Source: an uncultured bacterium
GTDB taxonomy: Bacteria; Margulisbacteria; WOR-1; CAVSGV01
Reading direction: 5' to 3'
Length of the DNA stretch: 32,000 bases
Assembly (NCBI GenBank): GCA_963699255.1
Contig: OY969425.1
Location: forward strand, 420,001 to 452,000
This document shows, piece after piece, positions 18,921 through 26,570 of the stretch; position 1 is the first letter of the stretch, and each line of letters begins with the position of its first letter. The notes beneath the pieces are model-generated. The model was not told where the DNA came from. It did not search any database and was given only the letters and a program-made list of their open reading frames with translations. A program made the position numbers and the translations under genes.

Positions 18921-19885
18921 CAGAAGAAAAAGAACCGCCTTTTCATTTCATATGAACCGGCAAGCTTTTCTATTGCATCAGCCGCGGATCTCGTGGCGTA
19001 GCCGAGGTTGTAAAAAGATCTCCATTTCCAGTAATCCCTCAAGAATTTGTATTTATCGGGTTCGTTCAAAGCTTTTTTCACGGCTCGGGGCAAAGTTCCC
19101 CGGGTAGCGAATTCCCCGATCTGGAATATCCCGTAATGGCTCGCGGGCTCTTCCCATATGCCGTATTGCTGCCTGTCCCCGGTCATGTCTATCTGGACCA
19201 TTGGTTTATCAAGGATGGCGAATTCGATCATGATCGATGAAATATCTCCTATCAATAAGTCCGCCGCCAGCAAATATTTGTTCTTGTTCGGCTGCTTTAT
19301 CACTTTTTTACCCTCAAGTTTATGGAACATCTTGTCGTATTCATGGAGGCATAACAGGAGGTTCTTGAAGCCAAGGGCTTCAACCTCCGGAAGGGCATCG
19401 ATGCTGCCTTTTCTTTTTGCATCCTTATCGTCCCAGGAAGGAGCGAATATCACGATGGGTTCTTTGGGATCCAGCCCCAGTTCATTGATCACCTGATCTC
19501 TGGTGCTTTTCCCGTTCACCAGCTCATCGCTTTTCGGGAATCCGATCTCGATGTTGTTTTTGAACCGGGGAAAAACATGTTCCATCCTTTCCTTCCATAT
19601 CGGGCCGGTCATCAGCATGAAATCGGTCTTGGTATGGATCTGGTAGAGGGTGGTCTTTACAACGGCGACACCGTGCGGCATGAAAAATATCGGCCTTTTG
19701 AGCTTCTGGATTATCCCCGGATTCATATAGAGGACGCTTGCTATCAGCGTTCCGTCGATCTCATTTTTCGGAAAAGGCGTCCTCTCGCCCTGAAGTATCG
19801 CATGTCCGCGCTTTTTCAGCTCTTCTTCCACGGGCGTGAGGCAGGCTCTCTGGTACGGTTTATCGGAAAGGCTTTGAAGCTTCAA
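18920..19885 (-). CDS. TagB/TagF-family CDP-alditol phosphotransferase-like protein (Glyphos_transf)
   Basis: IVIFAPSWDD (compare YaPTWRd) and LLIGDISSIMIEFAILDKPMVQIDM (compare litDYSSv.fDf.ll.kPii.y..D). TTG start, so the N-terminus is uncertain. Confidence 0.6.
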   Translation of the reverse strand: MKLQSLSDKPYQRACLTPVEEELKKRGHAILQGERTPFPKNEIDGTLIASVLYMNPGIIQKLKRPIFFMPHGVAVVKTTLYQIHTKTDFMLMTGPIWKERMEHVFPRFKNNIEIGFPKSDELVNGKSTRDQVINELGLDPKEPIVIFAPSWDDKDAKRKGSIDALPEVEALGFKNLLLCLHEYDKMFHKLEGKKVIKQPNKNKYLLAADLLIGDISSIMIEFAILDKPMVQIDMTGDRQQYGIWEEPASHYGIFQIGEFATRGTLPRAVKKALNEPDKYKFLRDYWKWRSFYNLGYATRSAADAIEKLAGSYEMKRRFFFF

Positions 19886-19913
19886 TCTTTCATTTTCCTT
19901 TCATGAAATCATT

Positions 19914-19983
19914 GGAACCCGCGACTAAAAGTCGCGGTTCCATGTAAAAACACTTGGAACCGAGAGTTTCACTCTCAGGTTCC
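19914..19983 (-). repeat. Two tandem isomorphic hairpins, each clamped by GGAACC...GGTTCC
   Basis: 19914-19941 is ggaacccgcgact aaa agtcgcggttcc (12 bp, 1 bulged C). 19956-19983 is ggaaccgagagt ttc actctcaggttcc (12 bp, 1 bulged A). They are 14 nt apart. The second overlaps the last codons and TGA of rfbH. On the minus RNA it is followed by AAGUGUUUUUACAU. Confidence 0.7.
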
Positions 19984-21300
19984 AAAGTCTGCCATGAACT
20001 CATCAAAAACTTTGACGATGTACCGCAGCTTTTGTTCTGTGATCCCCGGGTAAACGCCTATCCAGAAAAGAGCGTTCATCACCGTGTCCGTATTCTTCAG
20101 ACCGCCCGAGATCCTGCATTTAATGTCAAGGTATGCCGGCTGTTTGGTCAGGTTCCCGCCGAACATCATCCTTGTCGCGATCTTTCTGCTCTCAAGAAAG
20201 TTTACTATATCCGCTCTCGTGAAAGGAGCATTCTTTTTCACGAGTATCGGGAATCCGAACCAGCTTGGTTCGGAGTGTTCTTCGGGGTGGGGAAGAAGGA
20301 GATATTTATCATATCCTCGAGATTTGAGACTTGAGATCAGAGATCTGAAGTTATTCTTCCTAGCTTTTATGAATCCCGGAAGCTTCTCAAGCTGCGCTAC
20401 TCCTATCGCAGCCTGCATATCGGTGATCTTAAAATTATATCCTATGTGAGAATAAACGTATTTATGGTCATAACCGAAAGGAAGTTTTCCGAATTGCTGG
20501 GAGAATCGCTTCCCGCAGGTATCGTCATGGCCCGGCTCGCACCAGCAGTCACGTCCCCAGTCGCGGAAAGACATCACTATCTTTTTTAGAAGGGGATCGT
20601 TCGTGAGCACAGCCCCTCCTTCTCCCGTCGTGATGTGATGGGGCGGATAGAAACTGCAGGTCGCCAGATGCCCGAAAGTGCCGGTATATCTGCCCCTGTA
20701 TTTTGAGCCAAGTGCATCGCAGTTGTCTTCTATGACCCAGAGCCTATGCTTTTTTGCGACCTTCATTATCTTATCGAGATCGACCGGATTTCCGAGAGTG
20801 TGGGCGACGAATATCGCCTTTGTTTTTTTAGAGATGGATTTTTCAATGATGTCCGCGTCAATGTTGTATGTGCCAAGCTCAACGTCAACGAAAACAGGGA
20901 CAAGATTATTTTGAAGGATCGGGTTCAGTGTTGTAGGAAAACCGCAGGCAACGGTTATTACCTCATCGCCGGGAACGAGCCTTCTTTTGCCAAGCTTCGG
21001 AGAAGTTAATGCTGACATAGCTAGGAGATTCGCCGATGAGCCGGAATTGACAAGCATGCAGTATTTGACGCCGAGTAAACGGGCGAGTTTCTTTTCGAAT
21101 TCGGCGGCGAACCTTCCGGCCGTGAGCCAGAAATCGAGCGATGAATCGACAAGATTAATCATTTCTTTTTCGTCATAAACCCGGCCTGAGTAATTTATCA
21201 TCGTTTTGCCCGGCAGGAATTTCTCCCCGATTTTTCTCTCCCTATGCAGCCTTTTTACCTTCTCAAATATCTCTTCGCGCAGTTTTTTCTCAGAGTTCAC
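19975..21300 (-). CDS. ddhC: CDP-6-deoxy-L-threo-D-glycero-4-hexulose 3-dehydrase (E1; RfbH/DdhC), PMP- and [2Fe-2S]-dependent
   Basis: Near-colinear with Salmonella/Yersinia RfbH: [60 protein letters not shown] (His replacing the PLP Lys), [42 protein letters not shown]. Confidence 0.9.
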   Translation of the reverse strand: MNSEKKLREEIFEKVKRLHRERKIGEKFLPGKTMINYSGRVYDEKEMINLVDSSLDFWLTAGRFAAEFEKKLARLLGVKYCMLVNSGSSANLLAMSALTSPKLGKRRLVPGDEVITVACGFPTTLNPILQNNLVPVFVDVELGTYNIDADIIEKSISKKTKAIFVAHTLGNPVDLDKIMKVAKKHRLWVIEDNCDALGSKYRGRYTGTFGHLATCSFYPPHHITTGEGGAVLTNDPLLKKIVMSFRDWGRDCWCEPGHDDTCGKRFSQQFGKLPFGYDHKYVYSHIGYNFKITDMQAAIGVAQLEKLPGFIKARKNNFRSLISSLKSRGYDKYLLLPHPEEHSEPSWFGFPILVKKNAPFTRADIVNFLESRKIATRMMFGGNLTKQPAYLDIKCRISGGLKNTDTVMNALFWIGVYPGITEQKLRYIVKVFDEFMADFGT

Positions 21301-21312
21301 GCTATCCGCCTT

Positions 21313-22257
21313 TCATTCATCGCACTTGGTCGTTTTGCAGTACTTCATGTATTCATCTTTTTCGATCGTTTTTCTGTCTATGTCGGGCAGGATCGAGCTG
21401 TAATATTGGAACAGTTCTTTCAAGGCGCTGTCCAGCGGAGTGAATTTAAAGCTGATCTCCTTTTGAAGCCTGGAATTGCTGCCGCTGTACTCCTTGCCCA
21501 GTCCGGGGTTCTTCACGATTATTTCGGACCTGAAGCCCGATATTTCATTGATCTTGTTCGCGATCGTCTTAAGGTCGACGGTGGCCCCGGTCGTCAGGTT
21601 ATATATATTGAATTTCGGCGAGTTCGACAGGAAACGCTCGACTATCTTTACAGCGTCATTGATGTACATGTAATCGAATCTGACGTTTTGATTTATCACT
21701 ATTGGAAGCTTTAAAAGGTTCTTTACTATCGCGTTCGATATGAATTTATATTCGTAGTCCTCATATCTGCCGAACATCCCGAATATGCGAAGGTTGAATA
21801 TGTTCTTTGACTTCTCCGCGAACTTTGAGCAGACATATTTGGAAAAGCTGTAATCATCAGCAGGGATGTGGTTGCCGAAGTAATCCTCGCTCATGCCCGG
21901 TTTGTAATTCTGCCTGTCATACTCCGCGCCGCTCCCGAAAAAGATCAGGCGCCGGTCATTATCCATAGCCTGGACAAGATCGAAGAACATGCGCAGGTTG
22001 GATGAAACAATGTCCGTTTTGCCGGCGTCATAACCGGTTTTTCTTGAGCCGCCGACGCTGGCGCAGTGGATGATGACGTCGATATTGCATTTTTTTATGA
22101 AACTTGAGACTTTGTCGGGGTCAGCCAGCTCCAGGTCTTTGTGATAAGGATAAAATAATGCATATTTTGACTGGAACTGGCCTAGATATTCCACCAGGTT
22201 CCTGCCCACGAATCCGCGGGCGCCCGTTATGAAAAGGTTCAGTTTCTTTTCGCTCAT
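21313..22257 (-). CDS. Extended-SDR NAD(P)-dependent sugar-nucleotide reductase/epimerase (candidate 4-keto or side-chain reductase of the dideoxyhexose pathway)
   Basis: LFITGARGFVGRNL Rossmann motif, catalytic YSFSKYVCS. It lies between the GT2 gene and rfbH. Specific reaction not determinable. Confidence 0.65.
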   Translation of the reverse strand: MSEKKLNLFITGARGFVGRNLVEYLGQFQSKYALFYPYHKDLELADPDKVSSFIKKCNIDVIIHCASVGGSRKTGYDAGKTDIVSSNLRMFFDLVQAMDNDRRLIFFGSGAEYDRQNYKPGMSEDYFGNHIPADDYSFSKYVCSKFAEKSKNIFNLRIFGMFGRYEDYEYKFISNAIVKNLLKLPIVINQNVRFDYMYINDAVKIVERFLSNSPKFNIYNLTTGATVDLKTIANKINEISGFRSEIIVKNPGLGKEYSGSNSRLQKEISFKFTPLDSALKELFQYYSSILPDIDRKTIEKDEYMKYCKTTKCDE

Positions 22258-22265
22258 TTTATGCC

Positions 22266-23195
22266 TTAAAAGTTTATTCTTTCCTTTTCGATCACCAGGG
22301 GCCTCTTTAGCACCTGGGTGTGTATCGATCCGATATATTCGCCCAGGATGCCTATAAAGAAAAGCTGGACGGACGCGAACAGGAAGAACCCTATGACCAG
22401 CGGCGCGATACCCACGGAAAAACTGCTCCAGAAGATTAACTTGTATATAAGATAACAGAAGCTCACCAATATGCAGGTAATGGACGACAGGAAGCCGACC
22501 ATTGTGGCTATCCTCAACGGGACTTTTGAATGATTGGTAATGCCAAGGATCGCCATGTCGTAAAGTATGTAGAAGTTGTTCTTTGTGGACCCTTTCTTCC
22601 TGACCGGCTGGGTGAACTCGACTTTCGCCACATCAAAACCTATGTCCGCGATCAATCCCCTGAAATAAGGGTATGGATCGTCTATCTCCCTCAGTATCTC
22701 TATCACTTTTTTATCATAAAGGCCGAATCCCGTGAAATTCTGTATCTGGTCGATCTCCGATAGTCTGCTGATGAGCCGGTAAAAGAACCTGCGAAAAGCG
22801 AACATGAGAGGGAATTCGTTGCTCCTTTTTTTGATCCCCACTACCACCTTATATCCTTCTTCCCATTTCTTAATAAATTCAGGGATAAGGGCAGGGGGGT
22901 CCTGAAGGTCCGAGGCCATGCCGATGACCGCGTCGCCGCTGCCCTGAAGGATGCCGTAGAACGGGGAGCGTATGTGCCCGAAATTGCGGGCGTTGACTAT
23001 TATCTTAAGGTTCTTGTCCTTTGCCGCCAGTTCTTTTAATATCGGCACGGTCCTGTCGGTGGAAGCGTTATCTATGAAGATGTGCTCGTATGAATAGTTC
23101 TTAAGCCCCGTGAATACCTCTTTCACCTTCATATATACGTCCCTTACGTTCGCCTCTTCATTATAACAGTATGTTACCACGCTGATTGATTTCAT
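22266..23195 (-). CDS. GT2 polyprenyl-phosphate glycosyltransferase (GtrB/ArnC/DPM1-like) with two C-terminal TM helices
   Basis: ISVVTYCYNEEANV, IFIDNASTDRT, MASDLQDPP (DxD-type). C-terminal hydrophobic segments IATMVGFLSSITCILVSFCYLI and IAPLVIGFFLFASVQLFFIGILG. Confidence 0.8.
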   Translation of the reverse strand: MKSISVVTYCYNEEANVRDVYMKVKEVFTGLKNYSYEHIFIDNASTDRTVPILKELAAKDKNLKIIVNARNFGHIRSPFYGILQGSGDAVIGMASDLQDPPALIPEFIKKWEEGYKVVVGIKKRSNEFPLMFAFRRFFYRLISRLSEIDQIQNFTGFGLYDKKVIEILREIDDPYPYFRGLIADIGFDVAKVEFTQPVRKKGSTKNNFYILYDMAILGITNHSKVPLRIATMVGFLSSITCILVSFCYLIYKLIFWSSFSVGIAPLVIGFFLFASVQLFFIGILGEYIGSIHTQVLKRPLVIEKERINF

Positions 23196-23207
23196 TTTTA
23201 TCTCCTT

Positions 23208-25004
23208 TTATTCCTTGATTGGATGAATGATCATTTCTTTCCTGAACTCTTCCCTCGGAAGGAACGGATACATGTCTTCCAGGGGCATTGAGACCATGGT
23301 CCCGTCGTCTTTCCTGCGGCTGGACACCGTCGGGATGACTTCCTGATCCCTGTCACAGAAGACCTCGCATATCACCGGTGAGTCGTATTTTATCATCATT
23401 TTTATGGTTTTTTCGAGTTCGCCGGACGTTCTTACGGATAAATACTTTATCCCGTATGCCTGGACGATCTTTTTTGTGCTGGGAAAAGACACGCCTGAGG
23501 AGCTATCTGTGCCGATAAGCCTTCCATCGAAGAACTTGGTCTGAGTCGCCCTGATCGAAAGATAGCCGTCGTTGTTCCATATGAAAAGTTTTATGGGGAG
23601 TTTATGGTGTACTATGGTCTGAAGCTCCTGGATGTTCATCTGAAAGGATCCGTCCCCGGTTATCCCGAACACTTCACGCCTGGTCTTTGCGAAACAAACG
23701 CCGATGCACGCAGGGACTGTGTATCCCATCTCTCCCTGCGCGCTTGAGGTGATATATCTTTGATCGTTCTTCAGTTTAATGCCCTGAGCTATGACGTAGG
23801 ATGTCGATCCCGCGTCGGCGATGACCACCGAATCCTTTTTTAAGAGATTTGACAGGGTTTCAATGAAATAATAAGTATTTATCCCTTTCCTGTCATTTTT
23901 ATATGAGGTCTGGTAGACGGGCCATTTCTTTTTCCAGCTTGAGCATTTATCCGACCATTTTTTCAATTCGGGCTTATCGGCGATCTTCAGTTTATCAATG
24001 AATCGTTTAGCGTCGGCGTTAATGAAGATGTCTATGCGGACGGTATTTTTTTTGTGTTCAACTGGATCTATGTCCACGACGACGATTTTTGCTTCCCTGG
24101 CGAACGTCTCGTATTCATGGCCGGTAGAGCTGACGCTCAGCCTGCTGCCGATAGCAATGACCAGGTCCGCGTTCTGGACGGCGAAATTCCCGGCGCGGTC
24201 GCCCTTGTTGCCGATCTTTCCGATGAACAGGGGATGGGCGGTGGGAATAAGTCCGATCCCCAGCCTTGATGCTACGACGGGGATGCCGGAGGTTTCCACA
24301 TAACGGGAGAATTCCTTTATGGCACCAGCGAGCCGTATCCCGCCCCCCGCCAAAATTACAGGCCTTTTTGATTTCGCTATTAATTCAGAAACTTTGTTCA
24401 TTTCGTCGTCGGTGGGGTCTTCCTTATAATCTTTTTTGATCTGTTTTTCCGAGAATCTCGGCAGTTCGTCCTCATCAATGACAGCGCCCTGGACATCAAG
24501 AGGGATATCCAGCCACACGGGGCCCGGCCTGCCGGACCTGGCCAGATAGACTGCCTTATCTATGTGATAGGCGATCTGTTTCGGATCGTTCACCATTTCG
24601 GCGTATTTCGTGATCGGCCTGACGATCGAGACTATGTCCGCTTCCTGCACTCCGAGCTGCCTCAACGGAAGGCCCGAATTCATTATCGTCTCTTTCCTTT
24701 TGCATTGTCCGGAGATGAACATGCAGGGGACATTATCCTGCCACGCGCCCAGGAGGCCGGTTATGGCGTTCGTCGCGCCGCAGCCTGTGGTGACATAGGC
24801 AACGCCGAAGTTCCCGTTATATTTAGCGTAAGATTCGGCTGCCATCGCGGATGCCTGTTCGTGGTGATTGCATATGGCTTTCAGATGCGGATGTTTTGCT
24901 ATGCCGTCCGAAAGGAACATCATTCCTCCGCCCGAGACCATGAACACTTCTTTAACCCCGAGCTTATATATACGGTCAGCGATGTAATCCGCGACCCTCA
25001 TCAT
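23208..25004 (-). CDS. Thiamine-diphosphate-dependent acetolactate-synthase-like enzyme (YerE-like candidate branched-chain sugar synthase)
   Basis: HHEQASAMAAESYAKYNGNFGVAYVTTGCGATNAITGLLGAWQDNVPCMFISGQ (Pyr domain with catalytic Glu) and GDGSFQMNIQELQTIVHHKLPIKLFIWNN (the GDG-X24-NN ThDP motif, counted). Start refined from 25067 to the ATG at 25004, which forms an ATGA overlap with the upstream stop and yields MMRVADYIA. Confidence 0.75.
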   Translation of the reverse strand: MMRVADYIADRIYKLGVKEVFMVSGGGMMFLSDGIAKHPHLKAICNHHEQASAMAAESYAKYNGNFGVAYVTTGCGATNAITGLLGAWQDNVPCMFISGQCKRKETIMNSGLPLRQLGVQEADIVSIVRPITKYAEMVNDPKQIAYHIDKAVYLARSGRPGPVWLDIPLDVQGAVIDEDELPRFSEKQIKKDYKEDPTDDEMNKVSELIAKSKRPVILAGGGIRLAGAIKEFSRYVETSGIPVVASRLGIGLIPTAHPLFIGKIGNKGDRAGNFAVQNADLVIAIGSRLSVSSTGHEYETFAREAKIVVVDIDPVEHKKNTVRIDIFINADAKRFIDKLKIADKPELKKWSDKCSSWKKKWPVYQTSYKNDRKGINTYYFIETLSNLLKKDSVVIADAGSTSYVIAQGIKLKNDQRYITSSAQGEMGYTVPACIGVCFAKTRREVFGITGDGSFQMNIQELQTIVHHKLPIKLFIWNNDGYLSIRATQTKFFDGRLIGTDSSSGVSFPSTKKIVQAYGIKYLSVRTSGELEKTIKMMIKYDSPVICEVFCDRDQEVIPTVSSRRKDDGTMVSMPLEDMYPFLPREEFRKEMIIHPIKE

Positions 25005-25732
25005 TTTTGTTTCTCCAGTATTTTTGAGATCGTTGCCTGGTCCCTGCTGTTGTCCAGGGGACGCCATATGCCGTTGAATCGGAAAGCAAAAAGTTCCTTC
25101 CTGGCGACGAGGTCCTCAAGAACGTCTTTTTCGAACACGCAGGAAGGAGAGCCCGAAAGCTTGTTCGATCTGAATATGGTCGAATTGAGGAAGTAAAAAC
25201 CTCCGTTTATGTAATCCTTTTCGAGTATCGGTTTTTCAGACAGCCCTTTGACGATATCCTCGTCGTCAACAAGCCCCAATATCCTGAACCTGGTGGGATT
25301 GTGTACGGCAAGGAGGGTAGCGGTCTTGCCGTGCGAAAGGTGGAAAGCAAGCTCTTCCTTCAGGTCCACATCGGAAAAAGTGTCGCCGTATGTCATGCAG
25401 AATGTCGGAGCAGAAATAAGGTCTTTGACCTGCGCAAGGCGTGAACCCGTCAGGTTATCTGTTCCGGTATCAACGGTCTTGATGTCCCATTCTTTCGGCA
25501 GAGATGATATATATTTTTTTATCATTTCGCCGCCGAAGCCGGTGCAGAGGATGAATTTTCGAAAACCCGCGTCGGCATAATGCCGGAATATATATTTAAG
25601 TATCGGAGTGCCGTTCATTTCCACCATCGGCTTCGGGATCACCTTGCCGTTGGGGCCCAGGTTTATGCCTCTTCCTCCCGCCAATATCACAACGGGCATT
25701 TCTTTTATCATCTTATCAAGTCCTTCGCTCAT
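25001..25732 (-). CDS. Divergent second copy of an RfbF-like sugar-1-phosphate cytidylyltransferase
   Basis: VVILAGGRGINLG...PKPMVEMNGTPIL, VDTGTDNLTGSRL, MTYGDTFSDVDL, INGGFYFLN, WRPLDNSRD parallel RfbF blocks. It lacks the roughly 30-aa insert of canonical RfbF. SD AAGGAGGA upstream. Confidence 0.7.
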   Translation of the reverse strand: MSEGLDKMIKEMPVVILAGGRGINLGPNGKVIPKPMVEMNGTPILKYIFRHYADAGFRKFILCTGFGGEMIKKYISSLPKEWDIKTVDTGTDNLTGSRLAQVKDLISAPTFCMTYGDTFSDVDLKEELAFHLSHGKTATLLAVHNPTRFRILGLVDDEDIVKGLSEKPILEKDYINGGFYFLNSTIFRSNKLSGSPSCVFEKDVLEDLVARKELFAFRFNGIWRPLDNSRDQATISKILEKQK

Positions 25733-25742
25733 ACGTCCTCCT

Positions 25743-26570
25743 TCAGTTCAGGGGTTTAAGATCTGCGAGTCCGGCGTTCCTCAACATTTCAGCGAGTTCA
25801 TCGATGGCATCCGGACATCCAACGGCAAAATTCACCTTGCTTGAACCCTCCAGGCATTCATAGTATACCTTTGCTCCTGCCCTTTTAGCTACAGAAATGG
25901 CTCCCGCCACATCCCAGACCCTGTTCGCTATGCCGTAGGCGGCCTGAAGCCTGCCGGACGCGACGTAGCATATGTTAACGGATGCCGAACCAAGCCTGAG
26001 GCAACCGCGGCTGGCGTCGTTCACGTTTCCGAAAAACTTATATTCGTTCCTTCTTTTATCGTCATCCGAGTGGTTCCCCGAGAAACTCGCGACGACAAGC
26101 GAGTCTTTGAGCCTGGCAGGGGACAGCCGCAGTCTTTTACCGTTCTTGTAAGCGCCTTCATCTCCCATCGTGAAATATATTTCTTTCAATGCCGGCAGGG
26201 CCACGGCTCCAACGAGGAATTTGTTCCCCTCTATCAGCCCGACAGAAGAGGAATAAAAGGGGATCGAGGATATGAAATTCGTCGTGCCGTCAATAGGATC
26301 TACCATCCAAACCGGAGCATGAGCGGGGAGAACAAGGGCATCGCCCTTTGTCGATTCTTCTCCCACTATGCCGTATTTTGAGACTGAAAGGATCTTTTTA
26401 ATGTGTTGTTCTATGGCGATGTCCAGCTCCGTTACAATGTCCCTGTAGCTGCTTTTCGTCGAGACGGCCAGTCCTTCCGTGTGCGTTTCTTCTATTATGT
26501 CCGCGCTGGTGGAGACGGCTTTCAGCGCGAGCTCTGATTCATTCATCCATTTGAAATCCATTTTCATCAC
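25743..26570 (-). CDS. Inositol-monophosphatase-family sugar/alditol phosphatase (IMPase/FBPase/CysQ superfamily)
   Basis: GIVGEES, WMVDPIDGTTNF, VWDVAGAISV (WD..AG motif). The start is either the GTG at 26570 or the ATG at 26567; both overlap the upstream stop. Confidence 0.8.
   Translation of the reverse strand: MMKMDFKWMNESELALKAVSTSADIIEETHTEGLAVSTKSSYRDIVTELDIAIEQHIKKILSVSKYGIVGEESTKGDALVLPAHAPVWMVDPIDGTTNFISSIPFYSSSVGLIEGNKFLVGAVALPALKEIYFTMGDEGAYKNGKRLRLSPARLKDSLVVASFSGNHSDDDKRRNEYKFFGNVNDASRGCLRLGSASVNICYVASGRLQAAYGIANRVWDVAGAISVAKRAGAKVYYECLEGSSKVNFAVGCPDAIDELAEMLRNAGLADLKPLN

Noticed and set aside
23208-25004. ThDP enzyme as IolD (linking it to the IolB-like cupin and the IMPase as an inositol pathway) or as housekeeping acetolactate synthase
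   Set aside because: The N-terminal blocks (GVKEVF..SGGG, HHEQASAMAAESYAK, TTGCGATN, ISGQ) follow the ALS/YerE pattern rather than what I recall of IolD. No IolG/E/C/J, no ilvN/ilvC and no inositol-phosphate synthase are nearby. It is coupled to dideoxyhexose genes. This is not excluded without a database search.
25005-25067. N-terminal extensions of track ORFs: 25005-25067 (ThDP enzyme), 13078-13125 (pseC), 27680-27745 (MtlD-like), 11932-11943 (epimerase), 2491-2496 (cupin)
   Set aside because: The extensions overlap the preceding gene and encode non-conserved sequence. Internal ATGs coincide with ATGA/TAATG stop-start overlaps and/or good SD spacing, and they begin exactly at the conserved N-terminal motifs.
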